Assembly (NCBI GenBank): GCA_963850105.1
Contig: CAWKKA010000004.1
Coordinates: 874,206 to 938,205, forward strand
Reading direction: 5' to 3'
DNA from: an uncultured Actinomycetota bacterium
Lineage (GTDB): Bacteria > Actinomycetota > Actinomycetes > Streptosporangiales > Streptosporangiaceae
Length of the DNA: 64,000 nucleotides
Of this stretch, positions 1-10,713 are shown in pieces. The notes under the pieces are model-generated. The model was not told the origin of the DNA and did not search any database. It saw only the letters and a list, made by a program, of their open reading frames with translations. Position 1 is the first letter of the stretch, and every line of letters starts with the position of its first letter. The translations under genes were made by a program, and so were the position numbers.

Positions 1-3000
1 CTGCTCGGCTCACGTCGGGACAGGTCGATGCCGAGTTCCTCCGCAGCGCGGAAGACGTCCTCGTCGGTGTCACGCATCTCGATGGCCGCGCCGTCACTGG
101 AGAGCACCTCCACGTTCAGGCAGAGCGACTGCATCTCCTTGATCAGCACCTTGAAAGACTCAGGGATGCCGGGCTCGGGGATGTTCTCGCCCTTGACGAT
201 GGCCTCGTAGACCTTGACGCGGCCGAGGATGTCGTCGGACTTGATGGTCAGCAGCTCCTGCAGCGCGTAAGCCGCGCCGTAGGCCTCCAGCGCCCAGACC
301 TCCATCTCACCGAAGCGCTGGCCACCGAACTGGGCCTTGCCGCCGAGCGGCTGCTGAGTGATCATCGAGTACGGGCCGGTGGACCTGGCGTGGATCTTGT
401 CGTCCACCAGGTGCAGCAGCTTGAGTATGTAGATGTAGCCGACTGAGATCGGGTCCTTGAATGGCTCGCCGGTCCTGCCGTCGAACAGCGTCGCCTTGCC
501 GGTCGCGCCGACCAGGCGCTCGCCGTCACGGTTCGGCAGCGTGCTGGAGAGCAGGCCGGTGATCTCCTCCTCCTTGGCGCCGTCGAAGACCGGAGTCGCG
601 ACCTTGCTGCCAGATCCGGCAGCGTGTGCACCGATCTTCTTCAGCCGCTTCTTCCAGTCGGCGTCGTCGCCGTCGACGTCCCAGCCGGTGGCAGCGACCC
701 ACCCAAGGTGGGTCTCCAGCACCTGGCCGACGTTCATTCGGCCGGGCACGCCGAGCGGGTTCAGCACGATGTCGACGGCCGTGCCGTCCTTGAGGAACGG
801 CATGTCCTCGACCGGCAGGATCTTGGCGATGACGCCCTTGTTGCCGTGGCGCCCAGCGAGCTTGTCACCATCGGTGATCTTGCGCTTGGCCGCGACGTAG
901 ACGCGGACCAGCTCATTCACACCGGGTGGCAGCTCGTCGCCGTTGTCCCTGGTGAAGACGCGGACACCGATGACCTTGCCGGACTCGCCATGGGGCACCT
1001 TCAGGGAGGTGTCACGGACCTCGCGCGCCTTCTCACCGAAGATCGCACGCAGCAGCCGCTCCTCTGGGGTCAGCTCGGTCTCGCCCTTGGGCGTGACCTT
1101 GCCGACCAGGATGTCCCCGGTGACGACTTCGGCGCCGATCCTGATGATGCCGCGGTCGTCCAGGTCAGCCAGCACCTCATCGGAGACGTTCGGGATGTCC
1201 CTGGTGATCTCCTCCGGGCCCAGCTTGGTGTCGCGGGCGTCGACCTCGTGCTCCTCGATGTGGATCGAGGAGAGCACGTCGTCCTGGACCAGGCGCTGGG
1301 ACAGGATGATCGCGTCCTCGTAGTTGTGGCCCTCCCACGGCATGAAGGCGACCAGCAGGTTGCGGCCGAGCGCCATCTCCCCGTTGTCGGTGCACGGGCC
1401 ATCGGCGATGACCTGGCCCACCTCGACCCGCTGCCCCTCCACGGCGACCGGCTTCTGGTTGAAGCAGGTGCCCTGATTTGAGCGGCGGAACTTGGCCACC
1501 AGGTAGTCGGTCCTGGTGCCGTCGTCGTTCGCCACGGTGATGTAGTCAGCCGAGACCTGCTCGACCACGCCGGCCTTGTCGGCCACGATCACGTCGCCAG
1601 CGTCCACGGCGGCGCGGAACTCCATACCGGTGCCGACCAGCGGTGCCTCGCTGCGTAGCAGCGGGACAGACTGGCGCTGCATGTTCGAGCCCATCAGCGC
1701 GCGGTTCGCGTCGTCGTGCTCGAGGAATGGGATCATGGCGGTCGCCACGGACACCATCTGCCGCGGCGAGACGTCCATGTAGTCGACTTCGTCGGGCTTG
1801 ATGTAGTCGACCTCGCCGCCCTTGCGCCGGACCAGCACGCGGTCGCCGGTGAAAGTGCCGTCGGTCTCGATCGGCTCGTTCGCCTGGGCGATGACGTGCC
1901 GATCCTCCTCGTCCGCGGTCAGGTAGTCGATCTGGTCGGTCACCTTGCCGGCCTTGACCTTGCGGTACGGCGTCTCGACGAAGCCGAACGCGTTGACACG
2001 GCCGTAGGACGACAGCGAGCCGATCAGGCCGATGTTCGGACCTTCTGGCGTCTCGATCGGGCACATCCGGCCGTAGTGGCTGGGGTGCACGTCACGGACC
2101 TCGAACCCAGCCCGCTCACGAGACAGGCCACCAGGGCCAAGCGCCGACAGGCGGCGCTTGTGCGTGAGACCGGCCAGCGGGTTGGTCTGGTCCATGAACT
2201 GCGAGAGCTGGCTGGTGCCGAAGAACTCCTTGATGGAGGCCACGACCGGGCGGATGTTGATCAGGGTCTGCGGCGTGATCGCCTCGACGTCCTGAGTCGT
2301 CATCCGCTCGCGGACAACCCGCTCCATCCGGGCCAGGCCCAGCCGGACCTGGTTCTGGATGAGCTCGCCCACAGTGCGCAGGCGGCGGTTGCCGAAGTGG
2401 TCGATGTCGTCGGTCTCGACCGGGATCATCTCGCCGCCGGACTTCATCTCCTCCTCGCCGACATGCAGCCGGACGAGGTATTCGATGGTCGCGACGATGT
2501 CTTCCTCAGTCAGGGTGCCCTGGCCGATGTTCTGCGACAGCCCCAGCTTCTTGTTGACCTTGTAACGGCCGACCTTGGCCAGGTCGTAGCGCTTGGGGTT
2601 GAAGTACAGGTTCTCCAGAAGCGCCTGCGCCGACTCCCTCGTCGGCGGCTCGCCCGGCCGCAGCTTGCGGTAGATGTCGAGCAGCGCGTCGTCCTGACCG
2701 GTGGTGTGGTCCTTCTCCAGGGTCGCCCGCATCGACTCGAACTGGCCGAACCGATCCAGGATCCTGGCCTCGTCCCAGCCGAGGGCCTTGAGCAGTACTG
2801 TCACGCTCTGCTTGCGCTTGCGGTCGATGCGCACGCCAACGCTGTCGCGTTTGTCGATCTCGAACTCGAGCCACGCGCCGCGGGACGGGATGACCTTGCA
2901 GCTGTAGATGTCCTTGTCGGAAGTCTTGTCGACCTGGCGGTCGAAGTAAACGCCTGGCGAGCGGACAAGCTGTGATACAACAACGCGCTCGGTGCCGTTG

Positions 3001-3452
3001 ATGATGAACGTGCCCTTAGCCGACATGAGCGGGAAGTCGCCCATGAAGACGGTCTGGCTCTTGATCTCACCGGTGGAGTTGTTGATGAACTCCGCGGTGA
3101 CGAACATGGGTGCGGAGAAGGTCATGTCCTTGTCCTTGCACTCCTCCGCGGAGTACTTGGGCGGCTCGAACCGGTGGTCACGGAACGAGAGCGACATGGT
3201 GCCGGTGAAGTCCTCGATCGGACTGATCTCCTCGAAGATCTCTTCGAGGCCGGACTGCTCCGGGAGATTCTTATGCCCCGCCTTCTTTTCCGCATCGAGC
3301 CGGGCACGCCAGCGCTCGTTGCCAAGCAGCCAGTCAAACGACTCGGTTTGCAGGGCTAGGAGGCTGGGCACTTCTAGGGGCTCGTTGATGCGAGCGAAGG
3401 AAACACGACGGGGACCTAGGGCGGTAGCTGAGGCGCTGCGCGAGGCTGCCAA
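1..3452 (-). CDS. rpoB: DNA-directed RNA polymerase beta subunit, C-terminus beyond window edge
   Basis: The reverse-strand translation is continuous. It reads (TTG start at 3452) [44 protein letters not shown] ... [33 protein letters not shown] ... [25 protein letters not shown]. It is absent from the ORF track because it has no in-window stop. Confidence 0.97.
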   Translation of the reverse strand, partial: MAASRSASATALGPRRVSFARINEPLEVPSLLALQTESFDWLLGNERWRARLDAEKKAGHKNLPEQSGLEEIFEEISPIEDFTGTMSLSFRDHRFEPPKYSAEECKDKDMTFSAPMFVTAEFINNSTGEIKSQTVFMGDFPLMSAKGTFIINGTERVVVSQLVRSPGVYFDRQVDKTSDKDIYSCKVIPSRGAWLEFEIDKRDSVGVRIDRKRKQSVTVLLKALGWDEARILDRFGQFESMRATLEKDHTTGQDDALLDIYRKLRPGEPPTRESAQALLENLYFNPKRYDLAKVGRYKVNKKLGLSQNIGQGTLTEEDIVATIEYLVRLHVGEEEMKSGGEMIPVETDDIDHFGNRRLRTVGELIQNQVRLGLARMERVVRERMTTQDVEAITPQTLINIRPVVASIKEFFGTSQLSQFMDQTNPLAGLTHKRRLSALGPGGLSRERAGFEVRDVHPSHYGRMCPIETPEGPNIGLIGSLSSYGRVNAFGFVETPYRKVKAGKVTDQIDYLTADEEDRHVIAQANEPIETDGTFTGDRVLVRRKGGEVDYIKPDEVDYMDVSPRQMVSVATAMIPFLEHDDANRALMGSNMQRQSVPLLRSEAPLVGTGMEFRAAVDAGDVIVADKAGVVEQVSADYITVANDDGTRTDYLVAKFRRSNQGTCFNQKPVAVEGQRVEVGQVIADGPCTDNGEMALGRNLLVAFMPWEGHNYEDAIILSQRLVQDDVLSSIHIEEHEVDARDTKLGPEEITRDIPNVSDEVLADLDDRGIIRIGAEVVTGDILVGKVTPKGETELTPEERLLRAIFGEKAREVRDTSLKVPHGESGKVIGVRVFTRDNGDELPPGVNELVRVYVAAKRKITDGDKLAGRHGNKGVIAKILPVEDMPFLKDGTAVDIVLNPLGVPGRMNVGQVLETHLGWVAATGWDVDGDDADWKKRLKKIGAHAAGSGSKVATPVFDGAKEEEITGLLSSTLPNRDGERLVGATGKATLFDGRTGEPFKDPISVGYIYILKLLHLVDDKIHARSTGPYSMITQQPLGGKAQFGGQRFGEMEVWALEAYGAAYALQELLTIKSDDILGRVKVYEAIVKGENIPEPGIPESFKVLIKEMQSLCLNVEVLSSDGAAIEMRDTDEDVFRAAEELGIDLSRREPS

Positions 3453-3717
3453 CAGGGGTCCTTCCGAGCTTGTGGCGGACGGTGCACGCGCACGCAAAAC
3501 GCCCTGCGGCTACGCCGCGAGGGGTTTGGGAAGCCGAGGACGAGTTAGTGCAGCGCAAATTGGCAGTGTAGTCGAACGACACACCGCTGGTCAACTGTAC
3601 GTCACTATGAGGTTCACGGTTGCAATGGAGCATCGCTCCTTCGAAGCAAAACGTCAAGCCCTGGATGGCTTGTGTCGCAACCCTTCGCTATGTGACGAAC
3701 CTCACACCGCTTGTCTA

Positions 3718-3743
3718 GTTTCAGACTCTGGCAATGCGGGTAG
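3718..3743 (+). promoter_or_regulatory. SigB/F-type promoter-like motif GTTTCA-N14-GGGTAG, antisense to the rplL-rpoB transcription unit
   Basis: gtttca at 3718-3723, a 14-nt spacer, gggtag at 3738-3743. There is no plus-strand gene downstream. The spacer is longer than at the other sites. Confidence 0.2.
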
Positions 3744-3863
3744 GGCTAGTTTTTCAGCGGTCAGCAAGACTTCGAGTCTCACTGCCATCGACTAGTAACA
3801 CTGTGTATAGGCCGGGTATTCCCCGGCCCCGTTCCCTGCGTCTGTGCTCGTATTCGTCGCCAA

Positions 3864-3900
3864 GGCCCGCCGTCCGCGCGAGTCGCGGGGGCGGCGGGCC
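3864..3900 (-). terminator. GC-rich hairpin downstream of rplL (possible rplL-rpoB attenuator)
   Basis: ggcccgccg (3864-3872) pairs with cggcgggcc (3892-3900). It lies 58 nt past the rplL stop. There is no clear U-tract on the minus strand. Confidence 0.35.
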
Positions 3901-3957
3901 TTTCGCCTGTCCAGCCGGCAGTGCAGGGCCCACAGTGCAGGCCCGACAGGGCCGTGC

Positions 3958-4350
3958 TTACTTGACGGTGACGGTGGCGCCAGCGCCCTCGAGGGCGGCC
4001 TTTGCCCTCTCCGCCGCTTCCTTGTTGACGCGCTCAAGCAGCGGCTTGGGAGCGCCGTCCACGAGGTCCTTCGCCTCCTTGAGCCCGAGGCTCGTCAGGG
4101 TCCGGACCTCCTTGATGACCTGGATCTTCTTGTCGCCCGCGGCCTCGAGGATGACGTCGAACTCGTCCTTCTCCTCGGGCTCTTCGGCCGCAGCGCCGCC
4201 GCCGGCTCCAGGGGCGGCAGCAGCGACGGCCACCGGGGCGGCGGCCTTGACGTCGAAGGTCTCCTCGAACTGCTTCACGAACTCAGAGAGCTCGATCAGC
4301 GTCATCTCCTTGAAGGCCTCGAGCAGGTCGCCAGAGCTGAGCTTTGCCAT
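3958..4350 (-). CDS. rplL: 50S ribosomal protein L7/L12
   Basis: [34 protein letters not shown]...[51 protein letters not shown] lies upstream of the ATG at 4350. Confidence 0.97.
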   Translation of the reverse strand: MAKLSSGDLLEAFKEMTLIELSEFVKQFEETFDVKAAAPVAVAAAAPGAGGGAAAEEPEEKDEFDVILEAAGDKKIQVIKEVRTLTSLGLKEAKDLVDGAPKPLLERVNKEAAERAKAALEGAGATVTVK

Positions 4351-4439
4351 TGTGGTGCTTCCTCTTCCGTTCATTCCGTGTGTCGCCGATGGCCGTCCAG
4401 CCATCTGCGGGATCTGGTCAGGTCACGCAGGGTGACTGG

Positions 4440-5171
4440 TTAGCTCTCCGTGCTGTCCGAGGCTGCCGCCTCGGGATTCTGCGCCGTCGTGTCCGCAGCC
4501 CCCGCAGCTTCCGGAGCGTCCGCCGGCGCCGCCGCATCGCTAGCGTCCGCCGCCTGGGCTGGCGCGTCGGCCGCGGGTGCAGCTGCCTCGGCCGCGGGTG
4601 CAGCTGCCTCGGCCGCAGGTGCGGCTGCCTCGGCCGCAGGTGCGGCTGGGCCCCCTGCCGCTCGCTTGCTCTCCAGAGCGGCGAGCAGCTGCGCCATCTG
4701 GACCGGCAGCGCAGCGAATGTACCGGCCGCGTTAGCCAGGGACGCCTTCATGGCACCAGCCAGCTTGGCCAGCAGCACTTCCCGCGACTCCAGGTCGGCC
4801 AGCTTGACGATCTCGGCCGGCGTCAGCGGCTTGCCGTCGAGGATGCCACCCTTGATGACTAGCAGCGGGTTCGCCCTGGCGAAGTCGCGCAGGCCCTTGG
4901 CGGCCTCGACGACGTCTCCTTGGACGAACGCAATCGCTGACGGCCCCGTGAGCAGGCTGGTCAGCTCCGGCGTCACGCCCGCCTCGGCGGCGGCGATCTT
5001 CGTGATCGTGTTCTTGACGACCGAATATGTTGCGTTGGTGCCCAGCGACTTGCGCAGTTCGCCAAGCTGAGTCACCGATAGGCCGCGGTACTCGGTCAGC
5101 ACCGCGCCTGAGGAGCTCTGGAACCGCTCGGTCAGCTCGGCGACCGCGGCCACCTTCTCTGCCCTCGCCAC
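4440..5171 (-). CDS. rplJ: 50S ribosomal protein L10 with about 65-aa Ala/Glu/Pro-rich C-terminal extension
   Basis: GTG start at 5171, preceded by a [55 protein letters not shown]... is typical L10. The tail is AAEAAAP repeats. Confidence 0.93.
   Translation of the reverse strand: MARAEKVAAVAELTERFQSSSGAVLTEYRGLSVTQLGELRKSLGTNATYSVVKNTITKIAAAEAGVTPELTSLLTGPSAIAFVQGDVVEAAKGLRDFARANPLLVIKGGILDGKPLTPAEIVKLADLESREVLLAKLAGAMKASLANAAGTFAALPVQMAQLLAALESKRAAGGPAAPAAEAAAPAAEAAAPAAEAAAPAADAPAQAADASDAAAPADAPEAAGAADTTAQNPEAAASDSTES
4570..4653. repeat. 21-bp tandem repeat x4 inside the rplJ 3' end (in frame)
   Basis: Units gccgcgggtgcagctgcctcg (x2), gccgcaggtgcggctgcctcg and gccgcaggtgcggctgggccc. They encode the AAEAAAP repeats. 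Confidence 0.9.
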
Positions 5172-5400
5172 GGGCCTCCCTTCTCGATCCGCGCTCGTCG
5201 GCTGCGACGGCTCGGCTATGTCCGGCGTCGGCACGGCCCGCAAAATGCGAACGCCCCGTACGCAAGCGCACGGGGCGTGACCAGGACAGAGGTAGAACAA
5301 CGTCCAGGGTCCAGCTCGGTCGCCTGCGCGGGCCGCCCGCATGAAACGGGCCTTCGGTTGTCACGCTCGGCGCGCGACAACAGCCGACGGTCTTTGGCAG
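5172..5400 (-). promoter_or_regulatory. rplJ 5' leader (L10-leader-like) with terminator-like attenuator hairpin
   Basis: A long untranslated leader lies upstream of rplJ. The hairpin acgccccgt (5251-5259) / acggggcgt (5270-5278) is followed on the minus strand by TTCGCATTTTGC (the T-run is 5242-5245). The minus-strand element GCCAAAGACCG lies further upstream. Confidence 0.4.
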
Positions 5401-5525
5401 GCCTCCACCCTACGCGGCAGCTGCCCGGCCAGCCAAATCGGTCCGCCCAGTCGGCTGTGAACTGCCGCCCAGGGGAATCTTGCGACGAAACTAGGCAGGC
5501 ACCCGAACCTTTAGTGCGGCCGCCC

Positions 5526-5552
5526 GGACATCCAGGACATCCAAGACATCCA
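5526..5552. repeat. 9-bp tandem repeat x3 (ggacatcca)
   Basis: ggacatcca ggacatcca agacatcca, in the rplA-rplJ intergenic region. Confidence 0.85.
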
Positions 5553-5588
5553 GCAACCAGCCCGACGGTGATCTAAGCGGGACAACTG

Positions 5589-5648
5589 AACGTGTGGAGC
5601 GTAGGTGCTCATCGCGGGCGCAATTTGAGCACCTACGCTCCACACGTT
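5589..5648 (-). terminator. Perfect 22-bp-stem hairpin downstream of rplA
   Basis: aacgtgtggagcgtaggtgctc (5589-5610) is the exact reverse complement of gagcacctacgctccacacgtt (5627-5648), with a 16-nt loop. No U-tract. Confidence 0.5.
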
Positions 5649-5740
5649 CCTGCATCGCGTTCTTGATATCCGACAATAGGTACTAATCGGCACCCAGGAC
5701 GGTTCCGCACTCAGCGCCGCTCAGCCCTCGGCGGTCAGCT

Positions 5741-5820
5741 CAGACTTCGGCAGGCGGCCTCAGACTGCGGCGGTCGGCTCAGACTGCGGCGGTCGGCCTC
5801 AGACTGCGGCCGGCTGGTCC
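5741..5820. repeat. 19-20-bp tandem repeat x4 straddling the rplA stop codon
   Basis: Units begin at 5741, 5761, 5780 and 5800 (cagactgcggcggtcggc[c]t). The last unit encodes the rplA C-terminus ...PAAV plus its stop. Confidence 0.9.
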
Positions 5821-6527
5821 TCGAACTCGGCCGTCAGGCCCCTGGTCATGCCGGGATCGACCTGGATACCAGGACCCATCGTGGTGGTGATGGCCACTTT
5901 CTTGAGGTACCTGCCCTTAGCTGCCGCGGGCTTGAGCCTGATGACTTCATCCATGGCAGCCGCGTAGTTCTCAACCAGCGCCCGGTCAGGGAACGAGGCC
6001 TTACCGATGATCAAGTGCAGATTGCTGTTCTTGTCAACCCGGAACTCGATCTTCCCGCCCTTGATCTCGGTCACGGCCCTGCCGACCTCCATCGTGACGG
6101 TACCTGTCTTCGGGTTCGGCATCAGGCTGCGGGGACCGAGCACGCGGCCCAGACGGCCGACCTTGCCCATCAGGTCGGGTGTGGCCACAACCGCGTCGAA
6201 ATCGAGGAAGCCGCCCTGGACGCGCTCGATCAGCTCGTCGGCGCCCACGTAGTCGGCGCCCGCGGCGAGGGCCTCCTCGGCACGCTCGCCAGTCGCGAAG
6301 ACCAATACGCGGGCCGTCTTGCCCGTGCCGTTCGGAAGATTGACGGTGCCGCGGACCATCTGGTCGGCCTTGCGCGGGTCGACGCCGAGCCGGAACGAGA
6401 CCTCGACGGTGGCGTCGAACTTCGTCGTGGAGGTGTCCTTGGCCAGGGCTACTGCCTCAGCCGGGGTATAGAGCCGGTTCGCGTCGACGTTCTCGAGCGC
6501 CTTCCGGTATGCCTTGCTGCGCTTCAT
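5799..6527 (-). CDS. rplA: 50S ribosomal protein L1
   Basis: [31 protein letters not shown]...[21 protein letters not shown]... Confidence 0.97.
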   Translation of the reverse strand: MKRSKAYRKALENVDANRLYTPAEAVALAKDTSTTKFDATVEVSFRLGVDPRKADQMVRGTVNLPNGTGKTARVLVFATGERAEEALAAGADYVGADELIERVQGGFLDFDAVVATPDLMGKVGRLGRVLGPRSLMPNPKTGTVTMEVGRAVTEIKGGKIEFRVDKNSNLHLIIGKASFPDRALVENYAAAMDEVIRLKPAAAKGRYLKKVAITTTMGPGIQVDPGMTRGLTAEFEDQPAAV

Positions 6528-6679
6528 TGCTTCTCCCGCAACTAGTCGGAGTTCGTGGTCAGCGGGCCAGCGCGTGGCCCTGCCACTGCCCGTGCCTGCC
6601 TGGCACCGGCATATTCATTTAGAGCATGGGAACGGGGTCGTCCATTCCGCGGCCGTCCGCACCTGACGGGCGGCCGAAG

Positions 6680-7114
6680 CTAGCCCTCGACCCTGACGCC
6701 CATCGACCGCGCGGTGCCGGCGATGATCTTCTCGGCCGCTTCGATCGTGTTCGCGTTCAGGTCCGGCATCTTGACCTGGGCGATCTCCCTGACCTGCGCC
6801 TGCGTCATCGAGCCGACCTTGGTCTTGTGCGGCTCGCCGCTGCCCTTCTGCACGCCGGCTGCCTTCTTGATCAGCTCGGGCGCTGGCGGGGTCTTGGTGA
6901 TGAAGGTGAACGACCTGTCTTCGTAGATCGTGATCTCCACCGGGATGACGTTGCCGCGCTGGCCTTCGGTCGCAGCGTTGTACTGCTTGACGAAGTCCAT
7001 GATGTTGACGCCGTGCGGACCCAGCGCGGTGCCGACGGGCGGCGCCGGGGTCGCGGCGCCCGCATTCAGCTGCACCTTCACGATCGCAGCGATCTTCTTC
7101 TTCCTCGGAGCCAT
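6680..7114 (-). CDS. rplK: 50S ribosomal protein L11
   Basis: [50 protein letters not shown]... Confidence 0.97.
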   Translation of the reverse strand: MAPRKKKIAAIVKVQLNAGAATPAPPVGTALGPHGVNIMDFVKQYNAATEGQRGNVIPVEITIYEDRSFTFITKTPPAPELIKKAAGVQKGSGEPHKTKVGSMTQAQVREIAQVKMPDLNANTIEAAEKIIAGTARSMGVRVEG

Positions 7115-7159
7115 CTCTGGGTCCTTACCTCACTGTCTGTGTAGATCGATCTTGCTTCA

Positions 7160-7897
7160 CTAGATCTTGCTGACCTGATCGAACGAAAGCTCTACGGGCG
7201 TCTCACGGCCGAAGATCGACACCAGCACCTTGAGCTTCTGGGTATCGGCGTTGATCTCGTTCACCGTGGCCGGCAGCGTCGCGAACGGCCCGTCCATCAC
7301 GGTAACCGACTGGCCGATCTCGAAGTCCACCGCAGCGGCCTTGGCGGCCTGGGCCTTCTTGGCGATCTTCTCTTCTGGCACCGGAGCGAGCAAGTTGGCG
7401 ACCTCCTCCAGGCTCAGCGGCGACGGCCTGCTCGACAGGCCGACGAAGCCAGTCACGCCAGGGGTGTTGCGAACCGCGGCCCACGACTCGTCAGTCAGGT
7501 CCATCCGAACGAGGATGTAGCCGGGCAGCACCTTCTCCTGGACCTGCTGGCGCTTGCCGGACTTGATCTCGAACACCTCGTGGGTGGGGACCTCGATCTG
7601 GAAGATGTAGTCCTCCATGTTCAGCGACTGGGTCCGGCTCTCCAGGTTGGTGCGAACCCGGTTCTCGTAGCCGGCGTAGGAGTGCACGACGTACCAGTCA
7701 CCAGGCAGCGCGCGCAGCTCAGCCTTGAACTGCTGGACCGGGTCGGCCTCCTCGGCTTCGCCATCGGCGTCGGCAGCCGACGCTACGTCGGCAACCGCAA
7801 GGCCGGACTCGCCGTCGGTCGGGACGCCGTTGGTCGGCTCATCGGCCGCCGGCTCGTCGGCCGTCGGGTCGCCTAGCGGCAGTTCGGACTCGGACAC
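7160..7897 (-). CDS. nusG: Transcription termination/antitermination factor NusG with acidic N-terminal extension
   Basis: [21 protein letters not shown]...[10 protein letters not shown]...VTGFVG...KOW-like C-terminus. It sits in the conserved position between secE and rplK. Confidence 0.95.
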   Translation of the reverse strand: MSESELPLGDPTADEPAADEPTNGVPTDGESGLAVADVASAADADGEAEEADPVQQFKAELRALPGDWYVVHSYAGYENRVRTNLESRTQSLNMEDYIFQIEVPTHEVFEIKSGKRQQVQEKVLPGYILVRMDLTDESWAAVRNTPGVTGFVGLSSRPSPLSLEEVANLLAPVPEEKIAKKAQAAKAAAVDFEIGQSVTVMDGPFATLPATVNEINADTQKLKVLVSIFGRETPVELSFDQVSKI

Positions 7898-8028
7898 GTT
7901 TCTCTTTCTCCCCTTGCGCTTCTGCCTGGACCTCAGCGCCGCCGGGCTTGTGCGCGGCGGCGCAGGCTAGTGCCCTCTCGATCATGCTGCCACGCTCGGT
8001 AGGCGGCTGGACACCCAGCCGTCAAACC

Positions 8029-8280
8029 TCAGCCGAAGAGGGCGAATACGAGCCTGGTAAACCCGTAGTCGAGGCTCGTGACGATGCCGACCATGATCAA
8101 GATAAAGACGAGCGCGACCGTGGTATAGGTCACGAGCTCTTTGCGGGTCGGCCACACGACCTTGCGAAGCTCGTCCCGCACTTCCGTGACGAACTGGCCC
8201 GGAGTCGTCCGGTCCCGCTTCGCCGGGCGGTTGGGCTTCGCAGCCCTGTCGGGGGCCGGTCCACGTGTCTGAGTCGCCAT
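8029..8280 (-). CDS. secE: Preprotein translocase subunit SecE
   Basis: MATQTRGP...FVTEVRDELRKVVWPTRKELVTYTTVALVFILIMVGIVTSLDYGF. The longer track ORF would overlap the tRNA, so the start was chosen at the ATG at 8280. Confidence 0.85.
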   Translation of the reverse strand: MATQTRGPAPDRAAKPNRPAKRDRTTPGQFVTEVRDELRKVVWPTRKELVTYTTVALVFILIMVGIVTSLDYGFTRLVFALFG

Positions 8281-8352
8281 GTCCTCACCTGAGCAACGGT
8301 CTAGCTGTCGGCTGGCGCCGCCAATTGCCCGTGCACGCACAGGCCGTACTCG

Positions 8353-8426
8353 CAGGGCAGGAGGGACTCGAACCCCCAACCGCCGGTTTTGGAGACCGGA
8401 ACTCTAGCCAATTGAGCTACTGCCCT
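8353..8426 (-). tRNA. tRNA-Trp (anticodon CCA)
   Basis: The minus strand reads AGGGCAGTAGCTCAATTGGCTAGAGTTCCGGTCTCCAAAACCGG...GGTTCGAGTCCCTCCTGCCCTG. The acceptor stem AGGGCAG/CTGCCCT pairs. The anticodon loop is CTCCAAA. This is the canonical position upstream of secE. Confidence 0.9.
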
Positions 8427-8565
8427 GTGACGGCTCGCGCGGGCATGCACGGGCCACTGGTGGACACCACCAGATGCAGAAGTGTACGTGGCTGCGGGCC
8501 CGCCGTCGAACCGCCCTGTTGAGCCGAGGCATGCAGAGGCGACGCCCGGCTCTAGACTCCGGCTG

Positions 8566-9765
8566 ATGCGACTGAGCGAGCTAGGACTGACGATTGGCTA
8601 TGGCAGGCCAGGTCAGCACAACGCGATCACCGACGTCGCCGGGGTCATGGTCGGTCACACGACGCTGATCAGCGGTGACGGTCCGCTCACTCCTGGCCGG
8701 GGTCCCGTTCGAACTGGCGTCAGCGTGATCAGGCCGGTGCCTGGCTACATCCGAGAAACGCCACTGCAGGCGGGCGTCCACAGCCTCAACGGGAACGGCG
8801 AGCTGACTGGTATGGCCTGGATTGCCGAGGCAGGCCTGCTCACCACGCCAATTGCCCTGACGAACACCCACAGCGTCGGGGTCGTGCGCGACGCGCTCGC
8901 GGCCATCGACAGCCGTGAGGGCCGGGCTAGGACCGGTGGACGCGCCCTGTACTGGTCGATGCCATCGGTCGGCGAGACCTATGACGGCGTGCTCAACGAC
9001 ATCGAAGGCGGCCACGTCCGTCCGGAACATGTTGAAGCCGCCTATAGCCAGGCCGCCAGTGGCCCGATAGCGGAGGGCAGCGTCGGCGGCGGCACCGGGA
9101 TGATCTGCCACGAGTTCAAGGGCGGAATAGGTACCTCGTCTCGTGTCCTGGACACGCAAGATGGCGGCTGGACCGTCGGCGTCCTGGTCCAGGCCAATCA
9201 TGGGAGCCGCGCGGATCTGCGCGTCGACGGCGTGCCGGTAGGCCGCTGGCTGCCGCGATCGGTGGTCCCAGTGCCCGCCGAGTACGGGCCAGCGGCAGCG
9301 ATGAAGCCCGGAACGGGGTCAGTTATCGTGCTGGTCGCCACCGATGCACCGGTGCTCGGCGACCAGTGCCGACGTCTCGCCCAGCGAGCTGGCATCGGCA
9401 TTGGCCGGTCCGGTGGCGGCACATCTGACTCGAGTGGCGACATTTTCCTCGCCTTTTCGACCGCCAGCCAGCCGGTCCCGCCCGAGTACTTCTTGCCGGG
9501 CGCCCCGATACCGCCGACGGTGAACGTGCGCACGCTCCCGCACAGTCGGCTGAGCCCGCTGTTCGTCGCCGTGGCCGAGGCAACAGATGAAGCCATAATC
9601 AACGCTCTGCTCGCGGCTGGCGACATGACCGGGCGCGATGGGATCACAGCGCACGGCCTGACACCGGACCTGCTCGCACAGGCATATGCCCGTGCGGCCG
9701 ACGACCTTGCGCACACTGCGGCCAGGCTGAGCCGGGCAGTCGAGCGACCGCCCGAGCTCAGTTGA
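8566..9765 (+). CDS. P1/DmpA-family (peptidase S58) aminopeptidase
   Basis: MRLSELGLTIGYGRPGQHNAITDVAGVMVGHTTL...GGGTGMICHEFKGGIGTSSR is typical of the DmpA/BapA family. The start was chosen at the ATG at 8566. Confidence 0.8.
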   Translation: MRLSELGLTIGYGRPGQHNAITDVAGVMVGHTTLISGDGPLTPGRGPVRTGVSVIRPVPGYIRETPLQAGVHSLNGNGELTGMAWIAEAGLLTTPIALTNTHSVGVVRDALAAIDSREGRARTGGRALYWSMPSVGETYDGVLNDIEGGHVRPEHVEAAYSQAASGPIAEGSVGGGTGMICHEFKGGIGTSSRVLDTQDGGWTVGVLVQANHGSRADLRVDGVPVGRWLPRSVVPVPAEYGPAAAMKPGTGSVIVLVATDAPVLGDQCRRLAQRAGIGIGRSGGGTSDSSGDIFLAFSTASQPVPPEYFLPGAPIPPTVNVRTLPHSRLSPLFVAVAEATDEAIINALLAAGDMTGRDGITAHGLTPDLLAQAYARAADDLAHTAARLSRAVERPPELS

Positions 9766-10453
9766 GCACAACGGTTGCCTGCTCAGTGCCGTGCGCAGGC
9801 TTGGGCAGGATCACCACTCGGGTAATCAGGCAGTTGCCAGGCAGGATGACGCGATCCGTCTCGCCAGTGACAAGTGTGTAATCGATCTCTATGGCCGCGC
9901 CATGATCCCTGCCACCGACCGTCAGATGGCTGCCAGAGCCGGTCATATGCTCAGTCACGATCACCGGATGCGTGCAGCTTGAGGTACGGCAAAGACGCCC
10001 TTCGAGCGTGCCCGTAACCGGATACCTGATCTCGCTCGTGTGCAACACCGGGTGACACTCAATGCCAGTGCCGTCAGTAGGATTGCGGGCGGCGACCTCG
10101 TGACCGCAGTTGTTCTCGATATCCACGGTAGAAAGCACCACGCCACCTTTTGGTGCCAGCATGATCTTCTCGTACTTATCATGCATGAAATACTCGGCGC
10201 GGACTTCTTTGGTCGTAGCCATGCCAGTGTCATACACGTACAGCGTGCCGCTAGGTGGACTTGTGGTCGATCTCCCAACCTCATTGGCGACGTATTTCGT
10301 CGTAGTGTCATGAACGGTGGCCGGCGCGCCGCTGAGCGGCCGGGATGCGCTCGGCGTGGGTGCGGCTGTGCCTGACGGCTGCGATCCGCCGCAGGCGGTG
10401 ATGCCGAATGCGAATGATGCTGCCGCTACTGCGCCGACTACGAGTTTCCTCAT
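9758..10453 (-). CDS. Putative lipoprotein, unknown function
   Basis: The signal peptide plus lipobox is MRKLVVGAVAAASFAFGITAC. A GGGAAG RBS precedes the ATG at 10453. Confidence 0.6.
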   Translation of the reverse strand: MRKLVVGAVAAASFAFGITACGGSQPSGTAAPTPSASRPLSGAPATVHDTTTKYVANEVGRSTTSPPSGTLYVYDTGMATTKEVRAEYFMHDKYEKIMLAPKGGVVLSTVDIENNCGHEVAARNPTDGTGIECHPVLHTSEIRYPVTGTLEGRLCRTSSCTHPVIVTEHMTGSGSHLTVGGRDHGAAIEIDYTLVTGETDRVILPGNCLITRVVILPKPAHGTEQATVVLN

Positions 10454-10713
10454 TTGCGCTTCCCTAGGCCAGTTAGCGCTGCGTGGGCTCCATCGCATTG
10501 CAAACGACCAGGAGTGTTGGCCGTGACCGTCATAGCCCACTGAGCCATATCCGATCATCGTCGGGCAGCGCTCTGGAATGGCTATTAACAATCACAAGCG
10601 TAGTACGGATGCCGGCGCCAACCAGCGCCGCGATGACCACGAGCGCGGCACGTCGCCGTGGCGACGCGTAACCAACGGGCGAGGCAAGCCGCGGGGATGG
10701 GATCATAGGTCAC

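Noticed and set aside
3734-4443. Plus-strand ORFs 3734..4435 and 3844..4443
   Set aside because: They are antisense to rplL and its terminator region. Their composition is low-complexity Ala/Ser/Arg.
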